Below are positions 11,177 through 24,664 of a stretch of DNA of 64,000 bases, piece by piece. The translations under genes and the position numbers were made by a program. The DNA is from Scenedesmus sp. PABB004 (Eukaryota), in assembly GCA_014905635.1 (NCBI GenBank), contig CM026547.1, forward strand, positions 868,001 to 932,000, read 5' to 3'. The notes below the pieces were generated by a model. It worked only from the letters and a program-made list of their open reading frames with translations, was not told the origin of the DNA and ran no database searches. Position 1 is the first letter of the stretch, and every line of letters begins with the position of its first letter.

Positions 11177-12403
11177 ATGCTGCTGCTGCTCTCCCGCGCC
11201 GCCCGCGGCGCTGCGGCCCTCACGCAGCAGGCCCCACTGGCAGGGGCACTCTCGCATGCCTCCCGACTCCTCGCCTCCGCGCCTGGTGCCGCTTGCAGCA
11301 CGCGGGCCTCGCATGAGCCGGAGGCCAAGGCTTCCATCCGCGCCCACAAGGCTGGGCGCCTGCTGGCTGAGTCGCGAATTGGCGTGCAGGGGCAGGAGAG
11401 CAGCTGGGGCGGTCGCAGCGGCGGCAGCTGGGCGGTGGCGGCGCAGCAGCAGCAGCGCGGCGTGAGCACGTCCGCGCCGGCGGCGCACGGCGGCTGCGGG
11501 CACGGTGCGTGGGCTGGTCTCCTGGCGGCGGCGCGCAGCCCCCAGCCTCGGCGGCGGCGGTCCCGTGCGCGCGCGGCTCACGCGCCCCGCGCGGCGCCCG
11601 CAGACCACGCCAAGGCGCCCGAGCCCAACCTCTATTCGCAGCACGCCGACCTGCCGGCGCTGACCGCCGCGGTCGCGGCGGCGGGCGACGGCCTCGACGC
11701 GGCGCACGTGGCCGACGCGCTCGCGCGCTGCGCCGCGCTCGCCGTCGGGCAGCCCGCGGGCGCGTCGGCGCCGCTGCTGGCGCAGCTGGCGCCGGCGTGG
11801 CTCGCGGCGCTGCCGGGCGCGCACGTGCAGGCGCTCGGGCGCGCGCTGCTGAGCTTTGTCAAGCTCGGCGTGCGCGACGGCGCGCTGTGGGGCCCGACGC
11901 TCGCCGCCGTCACGGCGCCCGTCTGCAAGGAGGCGGGCGGCAAAGACCTGCACTCCATCGCCTTTGCCATAGGTGCGCGCCCCTGCGGCGCAAGCCAGCG
12001 GCCGGCTGGCTGCCTGCCCGCGCGATGCGATGCGCCGGCCCGGCCGCCGAGCTGACCGCCGCGCCGCACCGCCCCGCCCGCCGCGCGGCGCAGGCTACAT
12101 GGCCGAGACGGGCGAGGGCGCCGTGCCGGGCGCGCCGCGCGCGGCGGTCGAGGCGGCGCTGACCGCGGTGACGCAGCAGCTCGTGGTGATGGTCACGGCG
12201 CCGCCGCCGGGGGCGACGCGCCGGGCGGCGCCGCGCCCGCCGCGGCGCACGGCCATGACCACGACCACGACCACGGCGCGTGTGACGACCCCAGCCACGC
12301 GCACGGCCACGGCGACGACGACGACAAGGGCGTGACGGCGGAGCACATCAGCGCGGTGCGCTGGGCGCACGAGGTGCTCGAGGAGTTTGCGCCGCGCGAC
12401 TAG
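11177..12403 (+). CDS. Organelle-targeted alpha-solenoid (OPR-like) protein with a His/Asp-rich insert; apparent 1-nt frameshift near 12210
   Basis: Arg/Ala/Ser-rich presequence MLLLLSRAARGAAAL; helical repeats QALGRALLSFVKLG, KDLHSIAFAIGYM, EHISAVRWAHEVL; two GT-AG introns; TAG at 12401-12403. Confidence 0.6.
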
Positions 12404-12632
12404 TCCGGCTGGTCTGGTCTGTGCGGCAGAGCGCTCCGCGCGGCGGACGCGCGCGCACGAGGGCAGGGAGGGCCGGCCGAGCTGAGGCGGCGAGCGTGGC
12501 GGACGTCGCAGCGGCAACTCGCGGCCTCACAAGACTCGCAGCCTCCGCACGCACGCCTGCCGCGCGCTGGACAGCCTGGACACGCCGCCGCCTCTCTGGG
12601 CCGGCTCTCTCCTCCCCCCCGCACGCGCCGCG

Positions 12633-15600
12633 TCAGTGCAGGCGCTGCAGCTCCTCCACGCGCCGGCTGACGTCGTCGACGCTGACCTCGCCGCCCGGCC
12701 AGACCGCCGCCACGACCTCGGCCGCGCGCGCCGGCGGGAGGTCAAGGAACGCCTCGACCAGGTCCCCGTCGATGAAGTGCGTCGCCGGCTCGCTGCGCCG
12801 CTCGTCCTTGAAGCGCCGCCACGACTCCCAGTCCAGCCCGCCCACGCCGCGCACGACCTGCGCGGCGGCGGCGGCGCGGCGGCTCGCGGCGCGGGCGTGC
12901 CGGGCGCGCGCGGGCAGCGCCGACAGACAGGCAGCGCGCGGCGCCCTGCCGTGGCGCGGCGGGCGCGCCTTTTTGAGGCCGTCCTGCAGCGCCGCGAGCA
13001 TCGTGTAGAGCTCCTTGGGCAGGCTCGCGAGCAGGCCCACGCTGCCGGCGACGCCGCCGTAGAGCAGCGTCGGCACGCCCCCGAGCTCGCTGTCGGGCAG
13101 GCGCATGACGAGGCTGCCGGGGCGGATGCGGTTGACAAACTCGCCTGGCCGGACGACAGAGGGGCGTGGATGCGGATGCAACAGCGCGGCGCGTTGGCGG
13201 CGCGGGCGGCGCGGCGCGGGCGGGGCGGCGCGGCCGGGGCGGGGAGGGGCGACAAGGCGCGGGCGAAGGCGCGGGGCGGCGCGGCGCGCACCCGTGTGGA
13301 AGCGGCCGACGACCTCCAGCCGCGCGCGCTCCTCGTCGGTCGCGGCGTCAGGGTTTTTGCGCACGACGACCATGTTGCTGCTGTTGTCGGCCGCGACGTA
13401 CGTGTCGTCGTCGAGCAGCGCGAGCGCGGTCAGCCACTTGCTCTCCTGGTCGCGCGCGCGCACCTGGCCGGCAGGCGCCGGCGGCGGCGGGCGGGCGCGA
13501 CGGTGTTCTCGCGCGCGCGGCGGGCGCGTGCGTGGGCGGGAGCGCCCACCCCCCGTGCGGCCGCGCGCCCCCGGCGGCCGCGCCGCGCCGCACCTCGAGC
13601 GCGCCCTCGGCCGCCTTGTACTCGAGCAGCGTGATGCTGTTCATGAGGTCGCCCACGACCACGTAGTCACCCCTGCGCGGCGGCACAGCATCACGTGTGT
13701 TATTCGTTGTGTTATGAGCGTGTTAGTCTGTCCGTTTGCCGGCGAGCGGCGCCGGCGGCGCAGCGGCGCGGCGGCGCGGCGCGGCGCGGCGCGGCAGCGC
13801 GCGCCTGACGGCGAGGTGCAGGCAGAGGACCTGCACGCCGATGGGGCTGCAGTCGGACACGAGCTCATGCCGCCCGTCGCCCGCGGCGGCCCACTTGTAG
13901 AGGTGGACCTTGTTGTTGGCCGTCGCGAGCAGCTTGCCCTGGAACTCTGCGACGTTGTACACCGCGCCCCGCACCTCGAGCTGCTCCACGAGCGTCAGGG
14001 ACGCCGCGCCGGGCGTGTAGGAGAGCAGCAGGATGTGGCCCTTGCTCGGCTCGACCTCGGTCGGCCGGATGACCGCCGTGCCGACCACAAACAGCGCGCC
14101 GCTCTCGTCGCCGCCGGCGGCGCCGCCGGCGGCCGACGGCCCCGCGCCGTCGGCGGCGGCGCCAGCGCCGCCGCCGGCGCCACCGAGGGCCATGCTGGCG
14201 ATCGCGGTGGGGATCTCTTGCGGGCCGAGCGCGTACGAGGCGAGCAGGTCGAACGTGGTGTCGCTGAACACGCGCAGGTGGCCCTTGCCCACGTCGCCTG
14301 CGTGCGCGAGGGGCGCGCGCAGTCACGGGCGCGGGCGTGTCAGGTGAGGCTGACACGGCGCACCGGGAGAAGGGGAGGTGCGCGCAGTGTGATGCCGAAG
14401 CGCGCGCGCCCCGCACACCAACCTGGGCTGATGCCAGCGGGCGTGCTGATGGTCGCCACGCCGAGCGTCTTGGTCTCGGGCTGGTGCGCGATGCGGCGCG
14501 GCTGCTCGCCCAGCGGCACGGTGCGGATGTGCAGCTTCTGGATGCCTGCGCCCCGCGGCGGCGGCAGCGGCGGGGGCGGAGAAGGGTCGGCACGGCGCGC
14601 GGCGCCCCGCCTGCCCGCGCGCTCGCTGGCGCGGCGGCGGCGGCCGCGGCGGCGGCGGCGGTGGCGGCGGCGCGCACCGTCGATGGCTCCGAGGCTGAGC
14701 TGCTGGCCCTTGACGAGCGCGAGGCTGTCGGGGAAGCTGCTGGTGTTGAAGGAGCAGAGGAAGGCGACCTGCGACCGGGCGGGCGGGCAGAGGCGCGGGC
14801 GGGGTCGCGAGCGTGGGCGCCCGGGCGGCGTGGGGCAGGGCACACGGAGCCGCCCGCCGCGGCGGGCAGGGGGCTCGCTCCGCCGCCGCCGAGGCGCGCG
14901 TGGCGCGGCGCGCGGGAGGGCAGGTGTGGGGCGCACTGCGCGCGGCTGGCTGCGCCCGGCCCCGCCCCGGGGCCCCTGCCGGCACCTCGTTTGCATTGAG
15001 GTTTGAGTAGAGCAGCTTGCGGTTGGCGCTGTAGATGATGGTCGGCCGGTCGCTCGCGGCAAACACGTGGCGCTGCCCGCCGCTGCTGAACGCGCTCAGC
15101 AGGATGGGCTTGGTGCCGAGCACGACCTTCTTGTGCTCTGCACAGGCGGGCGGATGCGGGCGGCGGTGGCGGCGGGCGTGTGGCCCGCTGCGCGCGCGCG
15201 CGGCGCCGACGCCGCCGCGGGCCGGCGCCGCGCGCCGCGCACCGCTGAGCGCGGCAGTCTCCGGCGCGAGGCGCCAGTTGTGCAGCTGGCCGTCGCCGAG
15301 GCCGCACAGGAGGTACGCGGCGCCCTCAAACTCGGCGAGCGCCACGGAGCGGGGTATGACCTCGCCGCCGAGCGGCTGCGTCACGAGCGGCGTCAGCCCC
15401 GGCAGCGCGAGCAGGCTGGCCTGCATCGACCAGCTGCCGATGGCCGCCAGGCTCGCGCGGTGCGGGTCGGCGCCTGCGCGCGCGCGGCAGGCGGGCGGGC
15501 GGGCGCGGGGCGGCGCGTCGGCGCGCAGGCGGCACCTCTGGCGCTGCCGGCGGCCGCGTGACCCGCGCGCCGCCGGGGCACTGTGTGCTCACCCACGGGC

Positions 15601-18600
15601 GTGATGTCCAGGCAGGACACCTCGGCGTCCATCACAGCGCCTGCCACCTCCGTGAGCTCGCCGCCCTCGGTCGCTTCCAGCAGCCACAGCCGGCCGCCGC
15701 CCGCCGCGACGAGCACCTGGCAGGGGCTGGCCGCCGCGAGTGTGATGCTGCCCGGCGTCGCGTTGCGCGCCGCGCTCGCCGGCGCCCACTGCGCCAGCAG
15801 CGCGCCGCTGCTCGCCGACACGAGGCGCACCGCGCCGCTCGTGACCTGCGGCGGCGCGGCGGGTGCGCTCGGCTCAGCGCGCCGCCGCCGCAGCCGCCGC
15901 AGCCGCCGCCGCGCCGCCGCCGCCGCCGTCGCTGCGCCGCGCGCGCGCGCCTGCAGCAGCTGGTCGTGCAGCGTCGTCGCCGCGAGCAGCGTCTGCGCGT
16001 CGGCGTCAAAGCCGGGAATGGCGGCCTCGTCGAGCACGTCGTCGTCGCTGATGGCCAGCAGCCGCGTCTCGCGCACAAAGCTGAGCACCAGGTGGGAGTG
16101 GTACGCGTCGAGCCAGCCGCGCCGCAGCCCCCACACGCCCTTGATGCCTGGCCGGCGGCGGGCGGCGTGTGAGGCGGTGCGAGAGGCGGTGCACGGGGCG
16201 TGAGGCGTGGGGGCCCGCGGGCGCAGGCGCGGCGCGGTGCGGCGCACCCGGGAGCTCCATGGCGGCCGCCTCGTGGATGCCGATGCCGTTGCGCACGACG
16301 CGCAGGCTGCCGTCCTGGAACACGCCGCTGCACGCGACGAGCTGCGCGGCGCGGCGCGGCCGGCGCGGGCGGGTGCGTCGGCGCCGTGCGGAGACCAGCG
16401 CGCGGCGCCCAGGCGTCGGCGCGCGCTGCGCGGCGCGCGCGCGCGCGCGCGCACCTGGCCCTGGCCCTGGCGCTCCAGATCCATCACCACAAAGTCGACG
16501 ATCGGCGCCAGGCTCGGCCAGCTGTCCACGACCTCCACGTAGCTCGGCCCGCCGTCGTCGGCCGGCGCGTCGGCGCCGGCGCCGGCGCCGGCGCCGCCGC
16601 CGCCCCCCGCGCCGGCGCCGTCGGCGTCCATCGCGCCCGCGCCCGCGGCGCCGCCCGGCGGCGGCAGGGGCTCGGTGTGCAGGCGGATGAGCTGGCTGTC
16701 GCCACCCTTGCTGCCGAGGAAGACGTAGGCGTTGTCCAGGTAGGCCATGCAGCTGGTGGACGTGGTGCGCCCTGGGCGCGCCGCGGCGGGCGGGGCGGCG
16801 CGGCGCGGCGCGCGTCGGGCGCGGCGCGCGTCGGGCGCGGCGGCGGGGCGCGCGGGGAGCCGCCAGGCGCGGCGCCGCTCGGCGCCGGTTCCGCCCCCCG
16901 CGCCGGGCGCGCGCGGCTCACCCAGGGTCTGGACCTTGAGCCCTGCGACGCGGTTGTCCGCGTGCGCGAGGACGAGGAGGTGCAGCCCGCCCGCAAAGTC
17001 GCTCAGCAGGTAGCGGCTGCCGTCGTCGTCGACCTTGCACCACGACTGCGGCGCGGCGCGGCGCGGCGCCGCGGGCGGGCGGGGTGAGGCCCGCGCCCCA
17101 GCCTGGGGCGCCCTCTGAGCGCGGGGCCGCTGCTGCTGCCGCCGTCGCAGCCGCCGCCGGCGCCGCTGCCGGCGCGGCACCTGGATGGCGGTGTTGGGCT
17201 TGATCTGCGTGCTGCGCGTGGGCTGCTGGTCGTTGAGGTACGTCAGCACGCTCTCGCCCACCACGATCGCGCCGCCGAGCGGGTGCGGCACCGGGATGAG
17301 CCGGCTGCTGCCCGCGTCGAGGTTGGGCTGCGTGAGCGGCCCGTCCTCGAGCTCCTGCGCGGCGCGCCGGCGTGCTCGCGCGCACGCGCGGGCGGCTCGG
17401 CGCAGCGCCCGCGCCGCCTCTCCGCAGCAGCGCCGCAACCGGCGCGGCGCAGCCGGCGCGCTCGGCTGGCAGCGCGCGCAGCGCGCGCGGCGCGCGCGGC
17501 GCGCCTTGGTCGCGAGGTTGAGCGTGTAGGTCTTCAGGTGCCGCGCCTGCTTCGTGTCCTCGTACAGAATCGCGAGCACGGGGTTGCCGCCGCCCGCCGC
17601 GGCGGCCGCGCTGCTGCCCGCGCCGCCGGCACCGCTGCTTGCGCCGCCGCTGGGCGCCAGGAAGGCGAGGTCAATCACGCCCAGCTCCTCCAGGCGCACG
17701 TTGAACGTCTCGCCCGCGACGCGCAGCGCCGGGCCGCCGTCGTCGAGCTGCAGCACCTGCAGCACGGGGAGGGCGGGAGGAGGTGGGCGGGAGAGCGCGG
17801 CGCGCGCTGCCCAGCGCCGCCGCGCAGCGCAGCGCCCGCGCCCACCCACGCCCGGATGCCCCCCGCCCCCGCGCGCCGCACACCTTGAGCTGGCCGTCGT
17901 AGAGCTGCAGGGCGATGGCCCGGCAGTCGGGGTCGACCGCCGCGAGCTGCCCCGCCTCGACGGGCCGCCCGATCGCGTCGCGCACGTCGGCGCTCGCGCG
18001 CGTGACGAGCTCGGGCGCGCCGTCGGGCCCCGCCGCGTTGAACTCGAGCAGCGCAAACTTGTAGTGCTCCGTCAGCAGCAGCAGCAGGTCCTTGCTCGCG
18101 TTCTGCGGCGGCGCGGCCCGGCGGCGGCGGCGGCGGCGGCGGGCGCGGGGTCGGCGCCGGCCCGGCGCGCGCGGGCAGCGCGTGCCGGCCCCGCGAGCGG
18201 AAGGCGCGCGCCACGCAGCCGCGCGCCTTGGGCCTGAAGAGCTTCATCGCTGAGAGCACGCCCCACAGCGGCACAGTCAGCACGCCCTGCGCGCGTGCGG
18301 CAACGCGTGCGGCAGCGCGGCGCACGGCTCGGCGCGCGCGCATGCGTGCGCTCTCGCCGCTGCGGGCGCCGCGCCGCCGTTGCTGCGCGCGCCGCCGCTG
18401 CGGGGGCTGCGCGCCGCCGCGCCTTGAGCCCGTCGCCCTCCAGCCGCTGGATCTCGAGGTGCGTGGAGCGCCTGCGCGCCGCGCGCCGGCGGCGTCGGCG
18501 CGCGCGGCGGCGCCCCCGCGGCCGCGAACTGCGCTGCCGCGCTGCCCTGTGCTGCGGCGTGGCAGCCCACGCCGTGCGGCAGGCGCTGCCGCGGCACGCG

Positions 18601-19009
18601 GTGCTGCCGCTGCCAAGCCTGCACTGCGCCGCGCTGCCGCGCTGCCTTGCGCTTGCCGCGGCACACAGGGCCCCACCCGATGATGAGGTTGGTCTCGTTG
18701 GGCGCGGTGAAGTGCCCCACCGCGCAGTGCCGCACCGCGGTCGGCTTGTGCGCGGTGACGGCGTAGTTGAACAGCACGCTGTGCGGCGGCGGCGCCGCTG
18801 CGCCGCCGGCGCCCTGCGAGCGGCGGCGGCGGGCGCTCGGCGCAGCGCCGCGGGCGCCCGGCGGCCGCCGCCGCTGCCGCCGTCGGGCAGGGCAGCGGCC
18901 CCGCCGGCCGTCCACGGGGCGGCGGGCCGCGCGGCGGCCCGCGCGCCCCGCAGCGGCCGCTGCTGCGCACCGGCAGCGCGTTGCCGTCCACCGCCATCGG
19001 CGCCGCCAT
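12633..19009 (-). CDS. DDB1: DNA damage-binding protein 1 (CUL4 adaptor), 21 exons
   Basis: [122 protein letters not shown]. Confidence 0.96.
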
Positions 19010-19413
19010 GCCGGCGGCCCCGGCAGCGCGCGCCCGGGTGGTGGGGAGGTGGCAGCACGGCGCCTAGGCGGGCATGCCGGAGGAGCGGCGGCTGCGGGGC
19101 CTGGGCGGCGCGCGTCGGCGGCGGCAGCGCGGCGCAGATTGCTGGGGGAGCACTCGCAGGCCACACCGTCGCGGGCGCGCGATCGCGGCGACGTGGGGAT
19201 CGGCGGGGGCTCGCGAGGGACAACGGCGGGCGGCAACCAGGCGTCGCGCGGTTTGCGAGACAGCAGCAGCTCGCGCGGTGCGTGGTCGCAGCGCGGCACC
19301 CGCCTCCGCAAACGCCCCGGCTGCGGTGCCAGGCCGTTCGGCGGGCCGCGTCAAGCCGGACGTATTTCCGCCGCGCCAGCCCGCGGGGTGCCCATGCCGT
19401 GAGAGGAGCAGCG

Positions 19414-22400
19414 ATGCGCGCCGCGGCAGCAGCGCTGGTCGCGCTGCTGCTGGGCGGCGCGGCGGCCTCGGGCGTGCCCTGCGATGTTGAAGACGCGGCC
19501 GGCCTGGAGGCGGCCCTGGCGCAGCGCTCCTGCGACGCAATCTTGCTGCGCTCGCGCATCGCCTGGGCCGGCCCGCGCCGACGCCTCGCCCTGGAGCGGC
19601 GCCTGGTGCTCACCGGCGGCGCCCTGGACCTCAGCGCCGCGTCAGGGCCCCTGCTGGCGGTGCGGCGAGGTGGGGAGCTGGTGGTGGCCAACCTGTCGCT
19701 CGTGCTGCCACACAGCGGAGCGCCGCGCGCGGGCGCGGAGGGGCCCGTGCCGGGCCTCGACGCCGACGGCGGTGAGGTCAGCTTCACGGGGGTGCTGTTC
19801 GTGGCGCCCGCGCTGCCGGGCTGGGCCGCCGGCGCGCCGTTCTGGCGGCAGCAGCGCCGCTGGGCGGCGCGCGGCGCCGGCCGCGGCGCCGCCGGCAGCT
19901 GGCCGGCGCGCGCGGCGGCGGCGGCGCGCGCGCCCGCTGCCCCTGGCCGACTGGGCCTCGGGCGACGCGGCGCAGCGCGTGGCGGGCAGCGCGCTGCTGC
20001 TCGGCGCGGGCGGCAGCGGCGGCGCCCCGCCCGCGTGGGCGGCGGCGCGCCGGCGCCTCGCGCAGCAGCAGGCGCCGCCCCCGGCCGCGAGCAACGCGAG
20101 CGCGGCGGGCAACGCGAGCGCGGCGGGCAACGCGAGCGCGGCGGGCAGCGCGGGCAGCGCGAGCGCGCCCGCCCGCGGCGCGGCGCTGCCGCCGATCGGG
20201 CCGCGCGAGAGCCCGGAGACGAGCCACTGGGTCGCCGGCAACGAGGCGCGGTGGACGCAGACCTACGACCCGGCCGCGTGCTTCCGGGACTACCGCTTCC
20301 TGGCCAAGAACATCGTGGACTTTGTGCGCCTCCTGCGCGACCCCGCGGCGACGCACATCGAGCTCGAGGGCGACATCACCTTCACCGACGACCTCTTCCC
20401 CCCGGGCAACGCCAACGACCAGGCCAAGGGCATCAACGTCACGCACCAGGCGCGCGCCCGGCGGCGGCAGGGCGACGCCGCGGCGGCAGGGCGGCGCCGC
20501 GGCGGAAGGGCGGCGCCGCGGCGGCAGGGCGGCGCCGCGGCGGCAGGGCAGCGGCGGGCGGAGCCCCGGCGGCGACGCCCCGGCGGCGGCGCCCGGCGCC
20601 GAATGCCGCACCCGCCCCGGCCGCCGCCGCGCCCTGGCCGCCGCGCCGCGCAGGTCGTCATCCGCGCGTGCACGGGCAGCGCGGACGCGCCGATCGTGGT
20701 GGACGTGAACAACCTGCAGCAGCAGATCTACGTCTACGGCCGCATGCGCTGGGAGGGCAACATCAAGTTCATCAACTCCTTCCCCAGCCAGCGCCGGGGG
20801 GGGCTCTTCCCGCTGATCAGCATCCTCTCGGTCGAGCGCGACGGGATCATTGAATTCAAGGCGCGGCGGCGCGGCGCGCCGAACGACGGCATGGCCCCCG
20901 CACGACGCCGCGCCGCGCGGCGGCCCGCGCGGCGGCCCGCGCCCGCGCGCCGGCCGGCCATGTTCCGCGCAACACGCCCCGCGGCCACCGCCGCCGCCGG
21001 TGCGCGCAGGACCTGCTGATCCACGGCAACGAGCCCTGCCCGCTCTTCAACCTGGACGACCCGTTTTGGGACAAGTACGGCGCCAACCCGCTCAGCGTCG
21101 AGTTTGTGCCACAGCCGGGCGACTTCATCACCTTCAGTGACCGCAAGGTCCTGCTGCTCGAGTGGACCTTCAACAAGACCGCCTGGGTGCTCAACTCGCA
21201 GGCGCGGCGCGGGCGGCGCGGGCGCGGGCGCGCGTGCTGCGGCCGGGGCGCCGCGCGCGGGCGGGCCGCCGCGGCCGCGCGGGCCCGGCCGGCGGCCCGC
21301 GGGCTGACCGCGCGCCCCGCGCCGCGCGCGCGCGCGCGTCGTGCGGCGCGCAGGGCTCCAAGGGCGTGGTCAAGGCGGTGGGGAACGGGTACTGGCACTG
21401 GACCGATGTGCTGGTCACCTGGTCGCCGCCGCCGGGCGGGCCGGGCCTGACCGGCACCGCGCTGACGCTCGCGATCGTGCTGCCCCTCGTGCTCGGCGGC
21501 GCCGCGCTCGCCGCGGCCGCGCTGGGGCTGGTGCTCTGGCGCAAGCGCAGCAGGTGGGCGCGCGAGGCCGGGCGGGGGTGGGGAGCCCCGCGCGCCTTGC
21601 CCTGCGCCGCGCCGGCGCCGACCCGGGGCGCCGCTGCCGCGGGCGCCGCGCCGCAGGCGGCCCGCGGACGAGTCCACGGCCGGCAGCCTCGCGAGCAAGG
21701 ACCTCACGCGCGTCTTCTCCTCGGGCGGCGGCACGAGCATGCAGCGCACGGGCACGTTCGGCGGCGATTCAGTCGCGTCCAAGGCCGACAGCAGCAAGCA
21801 CAGCTACGGCACGCACGGTGCGGCCGCGCGCGGCGCCGGCCGCCGCGGCACGGCTGCAGCGGCGGTTCCCCCCGCCGCCGGCTGCGCGCGGCGGCCGCGC
21901 CCACGCCGCCGCCGCCGCCGCCGCCACCGCCGCTGCTGTCGCCGCCGCGGCTGCCGCGGCGCAGAGCTGATCGAGGAGGCGCGCCGGCGCATGGCCGCCA
22001 ACAGCGGGGCGCGCAAGGACGCCGTCGTAACGCTCGAAGGCCTCGTGGGCGAGGGCACGTTTGGCAAGGTCTACCGGGGTGAGCCGCCGCCGCCGCGCGG
22101 CGAGCGCCGCTTGGCGCGCCGCGCGCGCCGCGCTCGCCGCTCGCCGCGCCCCGCGAGCCGCGCCGCGCTCGCCGCGCTCGCCGCTCGCCACTGCCAACGG
22201 GGCGCCGCGGCCGCCGACGCTGCGCGTGCGCTCGCGCGCGCAGGCAAGTGGCAGGGCACCACGGTGGCGGTGAAGACGATGCTCTTCCCTGCTGCCATGA
22301 GCGGCAAGGAGAAGCGGGAGAAGATGTGCGGCGCGGCGCGGCGCAGGGCGCGGCGGGCCGCGCGCGGGCGCAGGGGCGCCGCGGCCCGGCGCGCGCGCCC

Positions 22401-24664
22401 GCCGCCCACGGCCGCCGCGTCCCCGCTGCCGCCGCCGCGTGGCGCAGGGCGATCATGGAGACGGCGATCAGCAGCAGCCTGAGCCACCCCAACATCGTGC
22501 AGACCTACACCTATGTCGTCCGGCCCCTCACCGGCGAGCTGGCCGCGCAGGTGCGCGCCGCCGCGCGCTGCGCACGGCGCGCGCTGCGCACGGCGCGGCG
22601 CGGCGCGACCCCGCGGCCGCGGCGCGCAGGCGATGGAGCGCGGCAAGGGCGCGGCCGTGAGCGGGGAGGACGAGAGCGAGCCCTCGACAGGCATGGTCAG
22701 CGAGACCGGAGAGAACCACGGCTGGGAGGTGCGGGGGCCCACACCGCCGCCGGGGCCGCGCCGCGCGGCGCCGCGCGCCGCCGCCGCTGGCGCTGGCACC
22801 CCGCGAGCCTGTGGGCCTCACCGACGGCGCGCCGCCCGCCCGGCCCGGCCGCCTCGGCGCGCGCGCGGCACGCAGGTGCGGCTCGTGCTGGAGCTGTGCG
22901 ACCGCGGGAGCCTGAAGGAGCTGCTCAACGCGGGCGGCTTCCACGGCTCCGACGGCGGCGTCGACATGGTGCCGATCGTCGCGACGGCGCTCGACGTCGC
23001 GCGCGCGATGCTGCACCTGCACAGCGAAAACATCGTCCACTCTGACCTCAAGGCGCGCGCCGCCGCGTCCGCCGCGTCCGCCGCTGCCGCCGCTGCCGCC
23101 GCCGCCGGGGACGCCGCCGCCGCGCCCGCCCGGCCCGCCGCGGGGGGCGCGGCCGCGCCGCGCGCGCCTGGGCTGTGGCCCGACGCGCGCGCCCGCGCAC
23201 GCGCGCCGGCGCCGCCGCCGCAGGCGCGCAACGTGCTGCTCAAGAGCGCGGGCGATGACGTGCGCGGCTTTGTGGCCAAGGTCTCCGACTTTGGCCTGAG
23301 CGTGCGCATGGACCCGAGTGAGACGCACGTGTCAAACGTCTACCAGGGCACGCTCACACACATGGCGCCCGAGCTGCTCATGTTTGGGAAAATCAGCCGC
23401 GCGAGCGACGTGAGCGCGGCGCCGCGCCGCGCCGCCGCCGCAGCCCGCGCGCCGCACCCCGCGCCGCAGCGCCGCAGCCCGTGCGCCGCCGCCGCGCCCG
23501 CGCGTCGCGCCCACGTGGCGCCGCGCCCCGCGCGCCCGCGCGCCCGCGTGCCCTAGGTCTACGCCTTTGGGATCCTGCTGTGGGAGCTCTTCACCGCGCA
23601 GCAGGCGTTCAAGGGCACGCCGCGCGTGCTGCTGGGCCACGAGGTCACCAAGATGGGCCGCCGCCCAGAGTTCCCGCCCGACTGCCCCTTTGAGTACACG
23701 CTGCTCGCGTGCCGCTGCTGGGAGAGCGACCCCGCGATCCGGTGCGACCGCGTGCGGGCCGCCGCCGCTCGCGGCGCTGCGCGCCTGCCGCGAGCGCCGC
23801 CGCGAGCGCCGCCGAGAGCGCCGCCGCCGCCGCCACTGCCGGGTCGCCAGGCCATCGTTCCAGGAGATCCTGGCCGATCTGCAGCGCATGGCCAGCAAGC
23901 TGCACATGGCGGGCTGCGACAGCGCCGCCAGCCTGCCCACGCTGCCGAGCGCGCCGTGCGGCGCGGGCGGCGCCGCCGCCGGCGGCGGCGCGGCGCTCGG
24001 CGGCGCGGCGGGCATCGACCCCGCCCGGCTGCACAACTGGGAGCCCCGCACAAGCCTGCTGGACCTCAATACAATGGACAGCACCTGCGGCGGCGCCCAG
24101 GAGCCTGCGGCGGCAGCGCACGCGCAGTTGGGCGTGTCGGGCAGCCAGCCCGCGAGCCTGAGCTGGGGCACGCACAGCGGCGGCGGGCTGTGGCTCGGCG
24201 GTGACCTCGCGCCCAGCGAGCTGCCGAGCGACGTGCAGCTGCCGGTGCACGGCGCGAGCGACGCCGGCACCGACGGCGGCGGCTGCCCCGCGCCGCCGGC
24301 GGTGGAGTGGCCGGGGCTGGCGGGCCCCGCGGCGGGCGGCGGCCAGCAGCAGGCGGCGCAGCCGGCGGCGCAGCAGGCGGCGCAGCACTGGCGGGCGGAC
24401 ATCGCGCAGCCGCAGGACCTGCGCGACGTGCGGGCGCCGCCGCACCACGCAGCGCCGGGCGAGCACCAGGCGCCGCTCATCCTGGGCAGCCTGGACGGCT
24501 CGGGCAGCCTCGACCGCAGCGCCGGCAGCGCGAGCAGCAGCGGCGTGTACGTGGAGGACCCGTCGTCGACGCTCGACGCCGGCACGCCGTGCGCCGGCGC
24601 GCATGTGGGCCGGGGAATGGCCACGATCCGTGAGGAGGACACGGCGCCCAGCCAGAGCCAGTGA
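19414..24664 (+). CDS. Single-pass receptor-like protein kinase (TKL group); apparent 1-nt frameshift near 19934
   Basis: Signal peptide MRAAAAALVALLLGGAAA; TM segment LAIVLPLVLGGAALAAAALGLVLWRKR; kinase motifs GEGTFGKVY, VAVK, HPNIVQ, HSDLKARNVLL, DFG, HMAPE, DVYAFGILLWE; 12 introns. Confidence 0.9.
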
